DNA of 10,994 nucleotides, from the NCBI RefSeq assembly GCF_006345805.1, contig NW_021827248.1, positions 1-10,994 of the forward strand, read 5' to 3'. A program made the position numbers and the translations under genes. Below, piece by piece: positions 9,021 through 10,994 of this stretch. The stretch's first letter is position 1. The number at the start of each line of letters is the position of its first letter. The notes beneath the pieces are model-generated. The model worked only from the letters and a program-made list of their open reading frames with translations, was not told the origin of the DNA and did not search any database. This DNA comes from Octopus sinensis (lineage: Eukaryota).

Positions 9021-9453
9021 TATTTTTCAACTCGTAAATATGCATTTTCATTGAAAAATTTAGACAGGAAGTGCCAACACAAGTTCTTTTTCCATGTCCA
9101 ATAATTCAGTTGGGAGTCTGTTAACAATCAGTTATCAAAAGAACAGAGAAAATAACCCTGGCTTGTCTTTGTCAAATATTACACAATCTTCCCTGACATT
9201 ACATATTGGAGAGGTCATCGGTGCCAAGTGAATTGGACATTCGTCATTGAAATCAAGTTCAATCCAGAGTGAGCAACAGAGGAGGCCAAAGTAAGTTACG
9301 TTTACCGTAACTCAGTGTGGTGCCAAATATTTTGAGATATGAGCTAGTGTTGAATATTCATATTCTTAGCCAGCCATATAAGTTATTGGTTTGTGTCGTA
9401 GGTGGTTGACATTTGGTCGCCAGTCAACATAAAGTTTTCCTAGTCAAGCAATA

Positions 9454-9480
9454 GTTTCGTTCGTTTCGTTTCGTTTCGTT
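9454..9480 (+). repeat. (TTTCG)n pentanucleotide microsatellite, about 5 units
   Basis: GTTTCGTTCGTTTCGTTTCGTTTCGTT. Confidence 0.85.
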
Positions 9481-9624
9481 CCGTCCATCTTGGTTTTGGA
9501 ATGATTAACAGATGAAGAGAAAAGTTAAAGAAAACAAACAATATTTTCCTTTTCAGTTCAGTAAAGATAATATATATACAGTGGACAAAGTTTTGTGAAA
9601 TGGTGTTTTAAGTCCAGTCAGAAA

Positions 9625-9970
9625 ATATGTGTGTAGATAGGTATATACATACATACATACATACATACATACACACACACAGATATGCACACATGCGCAC
9701 ACACAAACGCACACATTAAATATTATATATATGTATATGTGTGTGTGTACTTGCGTGTGCTTATAAATGTGCATGTATGTGTGTACGTACTTATGTATAT
9801 ATGTATATATGTGTATATATATATATATATACCTATGTATATGTATATATATCTATGTAGATGCATACATGTGTACATTTATACATATGTGTATGTACAT
9901 GTGCATGTGTGTGTATGTGTTTGTCTGTGTGTAACTTTTCATATGTTCATGCATAAACACACACGCATGC
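9625..9970. repeat. (ACAT)n, (CA)n and degenerate (GT)/(AT) microsatellite
   Basis: Read directly. Confidence 0.9.
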
Positions 9971-10274
9971 GTAAGAAGCTTCAGCTTCTTCACTCTGAGT
10001 CTAACGTTTCAGATTGCTATAACGATTCGGTGGAGACGGCTCTGTTTTTCACTGTAACCTTTCGCATAAGTCTGATCCGAGATACACTCGCATATAAACA
10101 CATATATACACACACGTCTGTGTATGCGTTTGAGTATACATTAACGTTTGTTTTCCTGTGTAGTTATATATAAAAACGATTTAACTTTAAAATGAAAAAT
10201 CACTCAATGCTTATTAATTTTTACAAGAAGTTACCTATTAACTTTCAAATTTCGACTTGCTCTCGTTATCTTAC

Positions 10275-10356
10275 AGCGTGATTACGGCGAGTAGCTTCAC
10301 GTTCGAAGTCAATGTCAAGCTTAGAAATACTGGGTTGACGTCCAGCGGGAACAGCT
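10275..10356 (-). CDS. Candidate exon A, AVPAGRQPSISKLDIDFEREATRRNHA
   Basis: Acceptor TCTTTCCTCCTCCATGAAACAG, donor GCT|GTAAGA, 82 nt. Two frames are open; a protein-like one was chosen. No homology recognised. Confidence 0.28.
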
Positions 10357-10488
10357 CTGTTTCATGGAGGAGGAAAGATCTTCTTTAGTACTTGATTGTA
10401 CAATGCTTTCCAATGTGTGTAGTAGTGGCGCGCGCACACATTATTAGCCATTTGAAAAGACTATGAAAGTCTCGACCACGGTCGAACA

Positions 10489-10512
10489 ATGATGATGATG
10501 ATGATGATGATG
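10489..10512 (+). repeat. (ATG)8
   Basis: Read directly. Confidence 0.95.
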
Positions 10513-10657
10513 TCCCTTGCAAAAGTTAATTAATATACGCGTGTGGATAAGTATGTATACATCTATACACCCTTAGGCAATATATAGACACAAACGCATA
10601 TACACATGCTCATATATATAAACCTGTTTATATATAAACATATATATAAACATTAAA

Positions 10658-10888
10658 GCGGCGAGCTTGCAGAAACGTTAGCACGCCGGGTGAAATGCCT
10701 AGCGGTGTTTCGTCTGCCGTTACATTCTGGGTTCAAATTCCGCCGAGGTCGACTTTGCCTTTCATCCTTTCGGGGTCGATAAATTAAGTACTAAGTTACG
10801 TGCTGGGGTCGATGTAATCGACTTAATTCGTTTGTCTGTCTTTGTTTGTCCTCTCTATGTTTAGCCCCTTGTGGGAAATAAAGAAATA
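10658..10888 (+). mobile_element. tRNA-derived SINE, same subfamily as 6507-6737, opposite orientation
   Basis: B box GGGTTCAAATTCC, central GACTTTGCCTTTCATCCTTTCGGGGTCGATAAATTAAGTAC (resembles Meta/MESC-type SINE central domains, from recall), tail AAATAAAGAAATA. Confidence 0.93.
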
Positions 10889-10994
10889 ATATATAAACCT
10901 GTTCCCCCCCCCCAGTTCACACATGTTTATATGTCCTCACCACCTAGCATTCTAAGAAAATAAGGATCTAACCCTTAGATACGCTTGGCTCAGT

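Noticed and set aside
9060-9430. Unique-looking stretch with a minus frame interrupted by TGA-TAA, a plus-strand GTAAGT...TAG intron-like segment (9291-9401) and small hairpins
   Set aside because: Every frame is closed by nearby stops, there is no recognisable motif, and 6-bp hairpins are expected by chance.

Overview
Eukaryotic, AT-rich, microsatellite-dense DNA; there are no prokaryotic features and no CRISPR array. The repeat families and (AT)n/(CA)n/(TATC)n density look like an octopus or other coleoid cephalopod genome (from recall, not verified). Almost all supplied ORFs are microsatellite translations. Well-supported content: (1) a decayed, 5'-truncated, internally deleted Tx1-clade (L1-like) LINE ORF2 plus probable 3' UTR (about 5636-7350) with (TATC)n-type arrays on both sides, interrupted by a SINE with a 13-bp TSD; (2) three copies of one tRNA-derived SINE family and one full-length CORE-like SINE with a TSD; (3) a complete non-autonomous Helitron (A|TC...CTAG|T); (4) two inverted copies of a hAT-type MITE; (5) a Penelope-like terminal-repeat fragment containing a minimal type I hammerhead-ribozyme-like fold (633-668). 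A phase-compatible chain of four possible minus-strand exons is offered at low confidence, with product unidentified. The best leads are the hammerhead-like motif, possible (TATC)n targeting by the Tx1 element, a covarying stem-loop shared by two SINE families, and the exon model with an inverted SINE pair around two exons. All alignments were done by eye.
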